A stretch of DNA of 63,404 bases, filler included, from Sluysia triapertura (GCA_046118255.1; 5 parts of 5 records of this genome joined end to end with filler, not necessarily neighbours in it); one strand, 5' to 3'; counted from the whole stretch's first letter, positions 27,991-41,909 are shown. Notes: generated by a model from the sequence alone, not told the origin. Numbers and translations are program-made.

Positions 27991-28831
27991 ACAGTATTCT
28001 TAACAATTATATAATTCATAAATGTTACACTTTTGTATTTGATTATATATAAATATATTTCGATACCCTATCTTTTTATATTATAATTTTAAAGTCAAAT
28101 TTATATGATGAGATTAAATTTAAACTAATAAAGTTTTCAAATGTAATATTAGAACGATAATATAAAGATCCAGATTTTTCATACCATTAACTCAACTAAA
28201 CCAACCCTATAACATCCAACACATAATAATTTTGTTAATGTTGGATTTCAGTAGTAAGTAATAAGTATTAGAAATAATAATAAATTAAATAAATGATAAT
28301 ACTATTTCCTGAATATTTGCGGTTTTAGTTTGTTAATCAATTTTAATTGCTTATAATTTATATTAATTCTCATTTTAAAATGACTCTTGTCGATTATGAT
28401 GCTTTTAACTTTGAAATCACATCATTCTCTCTATTCAGCCCTATAGTCGAAAATAATGTTAATAATTTTCAATTACATACTGATTTTATTCAATCTCAAT
28501 TTAATATAATTCTAACTCTCACATTGGAATGATCTTCGTGTCCTTAAAATTTGGTGTTATATTCTTTTTATAGAATCTTATTTTAAAATGATAATTTATT
28601 TAATTTCAATTTAAAATCAGTTACTGTTATTAAATTTTGAATTTATACAAACTCTATTAAATCTCATTTAAATTGATACAAAGCATTATAATCTTGATAA
28701 TTATTTTAATTTTATTTGAAAATAATTTTCTTTTAAATAACTTTAAATTGAATGAGTTTTAAATTTGATTTGAAAACTTGAACATTTAATGAAGATTGAA
28801 ATTTAAAATATATATTAGAGACATCGAGATC

Positions 28832-28925
28832 TATTAACATTATTGTTGGTATATTAACATTATTGTTGGTATATTAACATTATTGTTGGTATATTAACAT
28901 TATTGTTGGTATATTAACATTATTG
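28832..28925. repeat. 20-bp minisatellite (TATTAACATTATTGTTGGTA) x4.7
   Basis: Exact tandem copies. Confidence 0.95.
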
Positions 28926-31049
28926 GTTTATTTTCAGTCTAAAATAAAATAAAAATTTTCTTTAAAAAAATAAAATCAACTATATTAATTTTATTTAGTC
29001 ATCGTTAACTTAATAAATAATTATAGTTTTCCTAATTTTTCCAATAGAAAGGCTTGAAAATAGAGTTGTTGAGAGATAAAATTCGATAAATATTACAAGT
29101 TCGGTTGAAATTAAAGATTTTTATAAAGTATATTGGAGAGTTCAAAGTTGAATTAAAATTTATAGAGAAAATCGAACAAATTGAGTTTTGTAAAATAATA
29201 TCAGAGCACATACAAGAATTTAAATAGGTAAACTTTAAAGTAGAACTTTGTTAAGCACTTCCATCTCGAATTCACACTTCCAGATAAGGTAAACATGATA
29301 GATAAAACATTACTTCCGGATAGATTGATAGAGAAAATTTACATTAATAAAAGATTGTACCTTCAGATAAATTTGAGTAGTAATATAAAGTGAAAATATT
29401 ATTAAATAAGTTTAGATTATTACCAAAAGACTAAGAGTTCATTCAAACATACTCAAATTTTATAAAGTATCACTTATCTAATTTTTAGAGCTATTTCATA
29501 TATTACATAGTAAAACTTGTTAATTCTGAATTTTTTGGCCAAGTTAGTTCGAAAATATTCGAATTCAGAACTGTAATAAAATTTACGAAAACTCTAAAAC
29601 AACTCCATCATAATTTGAAAACTTTAAAATCACATTTAATAAGTAACAGATTTATAAGGTATAATGTTTACGTTTTACTTTTGTTTGAATGTGCAATAAA
29701 TAATAAATCTTGTAAGTCTTATTTAATGATTTAAAGAGATAGATAATAAACAAAGTGTACGATAAATTATAATTTAATTAATCTTTTAGAAATCCATGCG
29801 ATAAACTATGAAGTTTCAAAAATTTCAAACTTTGAAATAATAATATTAATATTAGAAATAGTCGAAGCCAACACAGCATATTTACTAGTTTCAAAATCAT
29901 TTTAATGACAAAACATATTTTCACAAATTATTTTCTCTTTGATTGACAGTTTTTATGCAATATAATACTTGGGAAATCGAGCCAATTACAATTGAATCGA
30001 ATATTACAACGTCAGAGAATTACAAATAAAAGCAGAAAGTAGAAAACAATATTTGTGGATCCAACGGTAAGCAATATAATAGCAGGATGCAAATGTAGAT
30101 AAAATTATAATATAGAATGAAACTAGCAATTCCATAGAATTGTGATGGGGGAATTCTAGTCATTATTCTCCCCATCTAACACATTTTAAACACTTTCGGT
30201 ACCATATATTTCGCAATATCGCCCTCGCAGACGCACATTTCGCCAACTAAAACTGCCGATCTCAGTTTCTTCATCATTGTCACTGTTAGTAGTATCACTG
30301 CTATCCCTACTCTCTCTATTTCACTCAAGTATTCTTTTTTCATTACTGTCTGAATCATCAAAGGGCGGATGCGGGAAAATAAAGGTATAGAATATAGATT
30401 TCGAAAAATATAGAAATTCAAATAAAAGTAATGAAACGACGTAAATTATTTATTCATAATCATAGTTTAGGACTTCAATAATTCTAAGTACGGAGTAGTT
30501 GTGATACAAACAAATCTAAAAATCCTTTACAACTGATATAGCCAAGCACTAATATAAATAAGCAATGCACACTCAATATATATCCAACGAAATTTCTTTT
30601 ATAGCGTTATGTTACAAAGTCTTTGTATTATAATTACTTGGTTTTAAATAATTTCTAATTTATGTACTGCACCGACTCGCAGACTCGCATCTAACTTATC
30701 AATATTGTAATCGGAAATGACCAGTACAATAATTTGAATCCAGAATATCAATAATGTATTTATCAGCAATATACATCTTACCTTATTTTTGTTTTAAAAG
30801 ATTTATTGTGCGATCAGACGTTAAAAATAGAAATATTAAATGAAAAAAGATAATTCGTTAATTAAAATTAGTGAATTATGTGTAAATTATTAAATAATTG
30901 AAAGATAAGTATGTTTCAAAAGAAAATTAGACATTTCTGTCAATGAGGAATTAGAAATATCTAATATTGATAATAACAACGATGAAAAAAATAAAAACTT
31001 AACTTTAAATTTAATCGAAAAACAACCTTAGTAAAAGCTACAGAATGGT

Positions 31050-31790
31050 TTTAACGTCGAATAATGATAAAACTCCAGAATAACGGCAGCTTATTAATTG
31101 ATTTTGCTGATAAGAAAGTATTAAATCAGCTAATGATTCTAGCCAAACTTGTAATTAATGATACACTCGCTTATTTTATTGATAAAAATATAGAAATTAC
31201 AAGATAATTTAGACTTCGCGTTTTTTAAAATGGTTTATATTAAAATACGAATGGTAAGATAAATGTTGGTTTTCAAATATGTATAGTTATTAATCACTCT
31301 CAACCTTTTGTCCACAATGTTTATAATTTCATATATAAATTAAGTGAACCAATTTGTTTATACTGTTCTAAAAAACATAGAGAGAAAATTTGTCCGGATA
31401 AACAAAATAAACAGTTCCATTAGTGCATAAATTGTGTCAAAATATGTGGAAATTTTAAAAACTAAGCGAAATTGCAGCTCTAAATAAAAAGACTGAAAAA
31501 CATTTTAAAAAGATTAGATTCAATTTGGTATTCGAAATGTTAGGTTATCAAAATTATAGGGATTATATTCATGAAAATGGTATTGATACTTTTTGTTTGA
31601 TATTATCTTGGATCAAGAATGATAAAATATTTAATTCATTATTTCTTCTAAGCGGATATTTATTTTTTATGAATATCGAGAAAGATTTAATATTAGTTTT
31701 TATCGAATAATCAAGTTGGTATTAAATTACCTGACATTTTTCACTTAAATATTGAACATGTGGAATTAAACATTACTGATACGAATAAAT
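31050..31790 (+). pseudogene. Non-LTR retrotransposon ORF1 zinc knuckle / AP-endonuclease remnant
   Basis: CLYCSKKHREKIC...CINC followed by GIDTFCLILSWIKND...LSGY, resembling an APE N-terminus; many stops. Confidence 0.5.
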
Positions 31791-31795
31791 CTTCA

Positions 31796-31796
<1 letters not shown>

Positions 31797-31845
<49 letters not shown>
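31797..31845. repeat. (AAT)n microsatellite
   Basis: Perfect run. Confidence 0.95.
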
Positions 31846-31846
<1 letters not shown>

Positions 31847-33587
31847 GTTGTAATAAAATTAAGTTTTTCACCACAGTAAGAAGAGTAGGAACAAAATTGA
31901 TACAAGATCAGTCAACTACAGAGTATTGAATAATGGATACTCCAAATGTAACACTCGAGAAAGATCGAATCTTACATACCATTCTTTGAAAGGTACAATA
32001 ATAACAATAATGATAATAATTATCAGTTTAGTCATTTTCATTTCAAAAAGAGAACAGATCACATTTAAATTTCGAAGATAAATTTACTGTACAATCACTT
32101 ATTATTGTCAGATGTTTATCAGGTTATCAGTTGTAAAAAATTGAATTTTCTAAGATAAAATTAAAATGTAATTTTAGAAAATAGAAGAACAATGTCGGCT
32201 ATGAAATAATAAAAATGTTTAATATGATTATGATTAAAATATTAGAGTTTAGGACTACGTATGGGATCTTTTGTGTGTCCAAAGATTCATAATTTCTATT
32301 TGTACCTCTCAGGAGTAAAATATTAATAGGATTATGGAAATGGATATGTCTTAAGACTAATTGAAATTTACAGGGATTATGTCATCTCCCTTAAGAAAAT
32401 ATAGATCCTTTTGTAAGAGTTCTACGCATTGATAGATTGGTGATTTAGTTAGATTTTAGACAACCATGTTTGTTTGAAAGATATATAATATAATAATATA
32501 ATTAATATTTAATAATCTGTTTAATATGGGTAAAACATAATTATGTTTTATAAATAGTATGAGTTTTGTTAAAATCATAATACAATGTTTTGTACAGTTT
32601 GGCATTGTTTTGACTTTAGATTCGAAATTAAAATTAAAGAAAAAACTACGTGCACATTTATACACTAAATTTAAAAGTTGTAATTAATAACAGAATTTTA
32701 TATAATGCCCACTATAATCAAAGTTGCAAAATATTTATCTTTAGCAATGAAGAAATTTTATTACGAAGCTAAGAATAAATAATTAGATAAAACTTGAAAA
32801 GTTAAAAAAATTAAAATTATTTTTTATTTAAAAGTTTGTCTATATCATTGAAAAGAAATAGTACCGAGTTGTATCAGTTATTTCACAGTGGAGATTAGCA
32901 CAAACATCGAATTGTAAAGGAACCAGGTGTATCTATAAAATCGTGTCTATGATCACTGATTCAAATTCAAATTTTGAGCAAGCATTCCAAGTTGCCAAGT
33001 ACTCCCTTTTCATATTTTATACTTTTTAGTTAATAAATCTTTATTTAATAGTTTTGAGCCTTTTTCTAATATTTAAATTTAACTACAACTTGTCAGCGAA
33101 ATAACACATCGCTAAGCTAACAGTTCCTGACGTATTGTGACTCTGATCACTTCGTCAACACTTTCAGCTTCCTCTCAAGCATATTATACTAATCACTGTT
33201 ATCCACGTAGGAGTGTGATAGGAGAATTAGATCGGGACATCCTCTGCATCCAAGCAACGGTGCAGATATTACTCAGGCAGATTTGAAGAAATTAATGATA
33301 TAAAACCGTAATTAATCAAATATTTCGAAAGGGAATCAGAAACTCACCATCGATGTGAGAGAAAGTTATTGAAATGGAAGGTGATTATTTTATTGACTAA
33401 ATATATTTGGAATATATGAATAAATGTAATTTTTATATTTTCCCATTTTTTCAGACTTTCATTCAAACCTGATCACTTATTGATTGCTCAAATTTAACAA
33501 ACAATAAATATAATAAACAGTAAATATCAAATAATTAGATACAATTTAAATGACGTGCATTTATTAAACATCATAAACATTACAAAC

Positions 33588-34559
33588 CTTTGTAAATCCT
33601 CATCATTCGCCACTGTCAAACCCATCTTCAAGGCGCTGTAAGCATCTTTATATCGTTCCCGAACAAACAAAAGAAATGCTTTCACATAGAACCATGCTGC
33701 ATGAAGACCTTCTCCCCATGTGTTATTTGGCGATTTTTCACCACCGCTGGAACTGGTGCCTGGTGACAAGGCAGCTACAGAATCGATTAATGTTTGAGCC
33801 TCATCAAATCGACTAAGTCGAGTCAGAACAATAGCCAAATTAAGAATCACAAACACTCGCAAGGCAGAACAATTGTCTTGGGGCTGACGTTGAGACTGAA
33901 ATGAAATAGATCTTGATAACGATTTTAGAAAAGTTAGCACGGGAATACATCAAAATAACACAAAACTTACCTGTATGTGAAGAGAATATCTAAGCTGGTT
34001 CTCTGCACAGTTCATCTGGTTCATACTCATAGCATATAGACCCAGCAGTGCGTGCAGCACACCAGCACGACGACGACGAACTTTGGCAGCTGCACTAGCT
34101 CCAGCCTGATGAGACCAAAGTAATGCTGAATTCTGTAAATGAGTTGCTGGGTATGGCGACTGTTGATAGAGAAGCCGCAGTGCATTACCAATATCTTGAA
34201 CTGCTTCATATTTTCGACCAGCAACTAGTCGACATTGTGCCGCCCACTCAAGAACACAGAAACGAAGCCCAGTCACAAGAAGAACTTGAGACTGATTATA
34301 TTGAGACATTGGTGCACAAGACAGAATAGAAGACCCGGTTCCTCCAGAATTGGGGGCTGAAACACCAATCTCTTCAGCTAGAAAGACAAGCAGTTTATCC
34401 AATTGTGTTTCTGCTTTTTCTACGTATCGTAGAGCTCGTTCCAGATGCCCAGAAAGCATTGCATGCTGAGCACTCACCATGTATACCAGTACAACTTGCT
34501 GTTCTTGTGAAAACCAGCGAAACTGAACACGATTTTGATTGGGCAATGGCTGACCAGAG
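33588..34559 (-). CDS. MAU2: Cohesin loader subunit MAU2/Scc4, two internal exons (34559-33971, 33895-33588)
   Basis: FRWFSQEQQVVLVYMVS..H.M.SG..E.A..Y.EKA, CRLVAG, LHALLGLYAMSMN and FYVKAF motifs; canonical splice sites (CAG|GTAAGT, tttcag|) keep the frame. Confidence 0.85.
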
Positions 34560-35452
34560 CTAAATTTACCAAAGATAGGTTGCGGTAATCATTGGTAATC
34601 ATGTACATTGTATTTGTGTTTATTTGCAAAAAAATACATTAGAGTATTACAGGTTCCCTCTGGAATTTGGTCAGAATTATATTCAAGCTCAATCAACGAT
34701 GTTAAAGGGTCCATAGATCAGAAATAACATATTCGACTGAGAATAATTGTGAATATTGAGCCTATATTTGAGACGAGAGGTTAACATTTGAAACATGCGT
34801 GAATTCCGTGGAATGAATTTTGAAACTATGATCTTGTAAATTTTAGAAGTTTGGTTATATTTATGCTGTTCTAGTAATTTGTATTCAATAGCATTTATCT
34901 TCGAGTTAAAACTTAGTGTCATAGTTTAGTTTACATAGTGTCATAGATCATAGTTTACATCAGTCTTCTTCAAAGGGAGGCGCGGCCCACCAGGGGTCAC
35001 GAGAAATTTCAAAGTTACAGTAAAGTATTCATAAGAAAATATAATGAGAAAGTATAATTTTAAATAATTTTTAATACAATTATTATTTTATTTTATCAAT
35101 AATAGTATTAGACGACGAAACAGAGACAATATTTGATGTTTTATGCCAGAATTTGTAAAATCGTTATTATTAAATAAGTTTTCATTTTGGGCATTAAAAA
35201 TAATTTACTTTATTATTTTTATTTTAGTCCCTAAAGGTCGCGCGAAAGTGTGAAGACCACTCATTTACATGATATTTCATAAGATAGATGATTTCATTAG
35301 TTTGTATAGTTAGTTCACACTGGATTAAGATAAAGGCTACAGTCAAGTGTTTCTTTTGACTGATAAGAAAATATTCAATAATGTACAATTTTGTTTTAAC
35401 TTCACTAGACGCAAGAATAAACAGGGAACGATCTACCCCACGTGACATTAGA

Positions 35453-36323
35453 TGTAGTGGCCAACACTCATAATTCAAAATTAATTAAAATCTCATATTG
35501 GACATTCACAAATCAAAATTCACCCAAATTCAATTTTCAAAATAATCACACTTTTACTATCGAACTCCACCATCACAAACATCATAAAATAACATTCGAT
35601 ATTTATAACCTCATCAACTCACATATATCAACAATTTAACTAACATGTCAACCATCCATAGCATAAGAAACTTTGACATTTAACCTCAAATAATTTACAA
35701 CATTCATTAACCACATATTTCAACAAACAAATCACAATCACAATATAAAGTAAACAAACCTTAAATATACTAACATTATCAAACAACGCTAACAAGAACC
35801 TTAGAAATATAAATCATTTACAACAAAACCTTCAATCAACTACACCAACCTAAACCCACTTCACATACACATATTCATCGTTAATACTTACTAATAATAA
35901 CTTATTTTATAATCGCCATTCAAAATTAAAATAACTTCAACCTTTCATTAAGCATTTCACATCATTCTATTCAATACACAAATCTTGTTTTCAAACTATA
36001 AACCTTTAATAAGTTTCAATAAATTATTCTAACATTCTTCATTTCACTTACAACCCAAACCATTACATCTTTTAAAAACAAATTTAAGATAACTTTAAAG
36101 GTTTCATTATCATACTGTGAGGCAACAACTACAAATGATACATTATGCACTTACTTAGTGTTGTTCCTTCACAATATGACATCATTTCGTTCTTTTTATT
36201 TTTCATCTATATGTAAGAAAATGTTTTAAGAATATAAAGAAAAGATTATGTTAAAGGTTTTTTAAAGATTTATGCGAATTTTATTTAGTAATAATAATAA
36301 TAGCAATGTTATTGTTGTTGCTC

Positions 36324-36363
<40 letters not shown>

Positions 36364-36775
36364 CATTACACTATTACTGTTACTCATGGCTAAATACAAA
36401 AATAATTAAAAACTTAATCATCGCTGTTCAGACTGGTTGCTGCCATCACCAACGATGACAGCCTATGTACATTTTTCATTAGACTGTCAACGTTGATGAC
36501 TGTCATTAATTAGTCATTAGTTTTTACCGTCTCCATATTAATCCGTTTATCAAATAATATCCAATCAGAGTACAGCTCACTAAAAAATATTATGTTATAA
36601 CTTCACAATACTCTGATTGGATAGACAGAATTTGAAATTATAATGTAATAATTGGTTAGGCTAAAAAAAGAACAAACAATAGACAATTAAAATTTTTATG
36701 ATTCTCAATTAATTTTTTACCGGACAGTTAAAAATTCGTTTAGTCAATTTAAGAAAATTTTAGTTCAAGAGTAGA
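35453..36775 (+). mobile_element. Family A arm
   Basis: TGTAGTGGCCAAC start, C/A-rich arm, (TAT)n, GCCATCACCAACGATGACAG, CTGTCAACGTTGATGAC, and inverted ATCCAATCAGAGTA..TACTCTGATTGGAT. Confidence 0.75.
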
Positions 36776-36776
36776 A

Positions 36777-37700
36777 ATGATGAAAAAGGAATTACTTATG
36801 CAACGCGATAAAAATGAATTTTTGTAGTCTTACTATTACAATTGTCGCATGTTAGCGAAGAATATTCCGATATTAATCCTAAATGGTATCACCAAATAAT
36901 CAACATATTTGTAATAATTTTATGAGTAAAATTACATCCTCCTATGATTATCATGTACAACGCAAAGATATAATGAATTTCCAAAAAGAACGGATTACGA
37001 AGTTATATGATAACAGTTCGATTAATGATTCCAATTCTAACAACTCATTGTTCATATGGTGCCCCTGTGCTCAATGTAAAATTCGGATACAAGATGACTC
37101 GTTGGTAAAAATGATGTTTTCAGAACCATTTATCGCACAGTTGTGTTATAAAACATACGAATGACCATGATAAAGTGTTGGAAGATCAGACGATTAGCTA
37201 TACAAGTGCAAATGTAAAAATTTCAGATTTTCGAACAAATCACTCTACTGTCGACAGAAATTATGTTAATCCTTTTCACAGATTCGAATATCATGATTTA
37301 GTGAAAATGTTTATTCAAGCCACTAAACTGTTTATTGAAAGTTTACCGTCAATGGCTAATTCAATGAAAGTAGATTCTCAAAAGATGATCCATCAATTAA
37401 TTGAAAGAAAGTGTCAGTTTTATTCAAATTTTTTATGAACTCTCCTTTTCGATACAGTTTACTATCTTATGAACTGATACTATCTGTTCATGTTATTATC
37501 CAAAAACATCTTAATATTTGGTCCTTAAATGAATATATCGTGCCACCGATTAAGTTTATGTGTCCGATTATGTAAGTTTCGAATTTTTGTATCTAAATAA
37601 TTATTTTTTAGTCGTCATTCAATTATTTTGGATCGATGATATGCAACGACAGGGTCTTAAAAAATATCGCGTCGGAGTCTCATGGATGATTCTAATAGAT
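36777..37700 (+). pseudogene. Degenerate orphan gene inward of the arm
   Basis: Consecutive ORFs 36883-37164 (WCPCAQC) and 37175-37438. Confidence 0.45.
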
Positions 37701-38329
37701 AAATCAATTTTAAAATTTGGTGTAATTCGAAATTTTAATTATATAATAAATTTTCATTATATATCTTTTTTAATAACATTCCAACTTAATGGCACTATGT
37801 TTATAAAGATAACTTTAAACACGACAGATAAGGTTGAGAGAAACCTTAATAGACATTATAAGTCCTTACGTTCTCTTAATAAATTAAACAAAACTAGCAG
37901 GAGCTGTATGATAACTAAAATTAAACAACCTTTAAAATTAGAAAGAGATTTCGTAAGATTAAATGCAATACACTATGCACGTAAGAATTGTTCAATTGAG
38001 CTAGAATTTGTTTTAGAGACAGCACTTAAAGAAATAAAAACATCACCCAATTACATTCATTGTATAACAAATTTAGGTTTTAAATTGGATGTTTCTAATA
38101 AAATTAAGCCCTCAAGGAGAGTCAAACTCGAACAATTACTTAAATTCTTTTTAAAATACAATTTTACAATACATAACACTAATAATACCTCCATAATTAC
38201 GATAAGATTATCTCGAAAATGTGAAAAATAAGTTCTTTTGGCAAAATATGAAACAAATTCATCAAACATAATTCAATTTTCACAGAAGTTATTCCGGTTT
38301 TGAACATTATTAATAATTCATTATATAGT

Positions 38330-38760
38330 CTAAAATATCCGTCAGGTGAAAAAGTATTCGTTGAATTACCTCACCTGAAGCATCTATCAAATATAACAAA
38401 CTTATCAAAATTGATTGAAAAAGCAGTTTTACAACAATTATCGAAGTTTTTTTAGATTAAAATAAGCTTCGCATAATGTATCAGTTTCACAGCTATATTA
38501 AGATATTAAATTATTATATTTTAAATGGCTTTAATGTGGTGTTATAAGATGTGTCTGCTGCTTTGACGCAGTAGATCATGACATTACTTTGTGACCTCCA
38601 AAGTTGCTTATTTATTACACTAAAACAGTTTGAATCATACTTAAAAGAAAGAAATAATATGTTTTACTAAAAAATATGAAACTCTTAGGGATCAATACTT
38701 GGTGTATTATTGTATTAACATAGAAAATATTATTCAACAGAAAAGCTAAATTGAAAAACT
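38330..38760 (+). pseudogene. CR1/L2/Jockey-type reverse transcriptase remnant
   Basis: LSNITNLSKLIEKAVLQQL, D(V)SAA-FDAVDHDI and GSILG motifs, with frameshifts. Confidence 0.65.
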
Positions 38761-39069
38761 AAATTGATAATGGAAATAAATATTGGAAAAACAATGAAGA
38801 AAAATCAGACGTAAATGAAAATCAATGAAAAAAGTTAATTGTAGGTGCAAAATGCTAAAAGTGAAACTAAATGAAACTAAATAGAATGATATATTGATTA
38901 AAAAGTGAACATGGAAAAAAGTATTAAGTGATTTAAAGAAAATATCACATATCCGAAAATTTAATAAAAATACGGATCAACCCGGTTTTTTTCCCCCGGG
39001 TTCAAATCTTGTTTTTGACATTTTAAAAAATAATATTATTTTAATTCATAATATTTGAAATAAAAAAAT

Positions 39070-39169
39070 NNNNNNNNNNNNNNNNNNNNNNNNNNNNNNN
39101 NNNNNNNNNNNNNTTAATTAATTAANNNNNNNNNNNNNNNNNNNNNNNNNNNNNNNNNNNNNNNNNNNN
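39070..39169. other. Artificial contig linker
   Basis: N44-TTAATTAATTAA-N44. Confidence 0.98.
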
Positions 39170-40085
39170 AGTTATTAAAAGATTCTGTAGTAAAACTATG
39201 TTCAAGTAGACCTGATGAACCGATTATATTTTTAAGAGGATATTTTCCCAATTTAGAATGCAAACCTGATAACCAAAATAGTAGTGAATTAATAAAATTT
39301 GACGATGAAATAAAAGGTGTTGTACATTTTCACATAATGAGCTATAATGGAAATTATAGAGTTCACATGCAATGTTGATGATTGTGGCAGTGTTTGTCAT
39401 TCCTCGAAACATCAAAATACAAAAGATCGACGAGGGGCTGTAAGTGATGAAGTAACTACTGAAGAGGATGTATCCATCTTACGTAAAAAAAGTTGTACCT
39501 AAAGATTACATTACGATGGGTGCATTATCAAAAGTAATTGAAAAGAATGTTTTATTTGCATATTTGAATGAAAAAGAAAGAAGTGATATATTTGATGCTA
39601 TGTTTCCAGTACATAAAAAAGAAGGTGATATTATTATTGAGCAAAGTGAGAATGGTGATAACTTTTACATTATTTATCATGGTGAAGTTCACGTTTTCGT
39701 AAATGACGAATACGTCAGTGTCATTAGTGAAGCTGGTAGCTTTGGTGATTTGGCATTAATATACAGTACACCACGTGATACAACTATGAAAGCGTTAACA
39801 GATGTAAAGTTATGGGGTATGGATCGACACTCGTATCGACGAATTTTGTTGGGAAAATTGTATACAGAGTTTCAATCCTAGAGGAATTCGACAAATGGGA
39901 ACAATGTATTGCGGCAGCTACTTTAGAACCTATAAGTTTTAAAAATGGAGATTATGTGTTGAAGCAAGGAGAACCTGGGGAATATTTCTTTATTATTATT
40001 AAGGTTGCAGCTAAAGTCTTTCAGAAACCATCTGATTCTGAATCTGAAAAAGAAGTTGGCATTTTAGGTGCTTCAGATTATTTCG
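39170..40085 (+). pseudogene. PRKAR1: PKA type I regulatory subunit, frameshifted and truncated copy
   Basis: LLKDSVVKLCSSRPDEP (D/D domain), RRGAVS pseudosubstrate, [14 protein letters not shown] cassette and second CNB domain up to SDYF; frameshifts near 39475 and 39865. Confidence 0.85.
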
Positions 40086-40547
40086 AACCAAACGAAGAAG
40101 AAATTGCTTATTCCCATCATCAAGGAATTGTCTTTAATTCATTAAGCTCGGATATATGTTATAAAATGGCTCTTTGCCCATATACAACAATGAAAGATGG
40201 AAGATGTACAAGATTTGGCCTACAAGTGTAAATACCTACATTCCATCAATGAATTAGATGATATTGATGTCGACCCAACAGTCCGAGATGATCACTACAA
40301 CAGAATAACACACTTGATTGCAGATGTCAGTACTAAAGAGGATGAGGCCACAACCTACAGTTCTACAATGCCACGATTAGGCTTGGATCTGCTCCATAAT
40401 AACAAAGTAACTATTCATTGTGATTACGTAAAAACCGATTTAATTTCATTTGTTTATTTAGACAGTGAAACATGGTCCCCAGCAAGTCGAGTCCAAAATT
40501 TAATTGCTGATAATATAAATATTCTTAACTGTAGTATAAAAAATTAA
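40086..40547 (+). CDS. Unrelated orphan coding sequence fused to the PKA RI copy
   Basis: The reading frame continues past SDYF into non-PKA sequence, then into the 116-aa ORF 40197-40547. Confidence 0.4.
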
Positions 40548-41458
40548 TTCTTCTTGTTGTACTATTCATTGTTATTTGTTTATAAGTCTAAAATATTATA
40601 TTTGACAATAATAATAACTAAGTATACATTTAACTTTAAAATTAATAATAATAAGAAGTTAAAAATAATTAAATTTTTAATTAACTTAATTATACCTAAT
40701 AACCATAAACATAAACCTTTACAAAATCCCTGTAAAAGGTTACTTCTTCGTATTTCTCATCGTTTTATCCTATCGCTTATCCCATCATTACAATTTATCA
40801 TAATCCCACATCTCAATTCCTCAATAATGATCACCTTATTCTGTCATTCTGAGGCTTTTTGTATTCAAAACAACTAAAAACGATAAAATTTTATACATTT
40901 TTATAATTCGAAATAAATTTTTTTGTAATCTTTATTTCCTTTTTGTTCTACAAAATAAAATCATGTATTTTAGTTTTAAAAGACAAAAAAATAATTTTTT
41001 TAATAAACAATTATAATATAAAATATAAAGTTAATAAAACCTATAGATTTTATTCTAAATTTAATAATCATCATCAACAGATAATTTGACGATTGTAATG
41101 AATTTGATGATTGTAACAACAAATCAGGATTACCGTCTATCAAATCAGCAATTTAATACGAATAATGTCTGTTTCGAATAGTGAAATTTTCAGTAGCAAG
41201 AAAAATAATTATGAACATAAGTCAATGTTATTTATAAAGTGTCTAATAGTTCCAAACAAAGTGGATCCTTTGTTACATTTACATATTATTAGTTTCGAAA
41301 ATGTCAACTTTATTGTATCGATATGGAATGTTCTTTATAGAAGAATTGAGAATTCTGAATATGTTATTGTTGAATATGTTATTTCTGGTATATTGTGACA
41401 GATCGACATAACAACTTGTGCCTTATGTTTTCGTGATATCTGATAGACCATTTCTTTT

Positions 41459-41909
41459 TGTTAGACTTCATAAAATGGACTGATCAGGATTCGAACCCGG
41501 GACCTCTCGCTGAGCAGTTCAATGATGAAAAACATGTATTAATATAATTGTCTCTTCTCTTTTTAGAAAAGGAAGGTCTTCTTGTATTCAGGTGCAATTT
41601 TCTTGCAGGACATGGTCACGGTATGCGTTGTTCGAGAACTCCACAGCAAGTCATACGAGAGTCTTGATTTTGGTCTTGTGGAAGCCAAGTGTCTTGAGAA
41701 GCCTATCGTTCTCGGGATCCCATCACTCCAAGGCTCCAACGGCAAATGTATCCAGAGACATCTTGCACTCTAGTTGTTCCTGCAGTTTATCATTGAAATC
41801 AGCATACTTCGCAGTAGTGGTGTTTCGGGCTATCTCTACCCACTGAGCTATCAGCCCCATCTAACAAGTTTGTTTGATTATAGTCAATTACACAATCATT
41901 ATCCCAACA
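41459..41909 (-). mobile_element. tRNA-carrying short element, copy 3, interrupted by a 309-bp insertion
   Basis: TGTTAGAC...ATCCCAACA ends, flanked by TTTT on both sides. Confidence 0.8.
41525..41833 (-). mobile_element. 5'-truncated RLE-type non-LTR retrotransposon 3' end (NeSL/Utopia-like)
   Basis: Minus-strand frame AKYADFNDKLQEQLECKMSLDTFAVGALE*WDPENDRLLKTLGF...AYRDHV matches the K.KY...VGALG.WDP.N..LL C-terminal RLE motif; short 3' UTR; GC-richer than the flanks. Confidence 0.7.

Noticed and set aside
28832-28925. CRISPR-like array
   Set aside because: Head-to-tail identical 20-mers without spacers, in a eukaryotic context
37560-38231. 223-aa ORF as a single gene
   Set aside because: Appears to be a run-through from the cargo gene end into a decayed LINE ORF2; no coherent domain
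41563-41846. Three short ORFs in the ORF track
   Set aside because: Shadow frames of the stop-containing retrotransposon C-terminus
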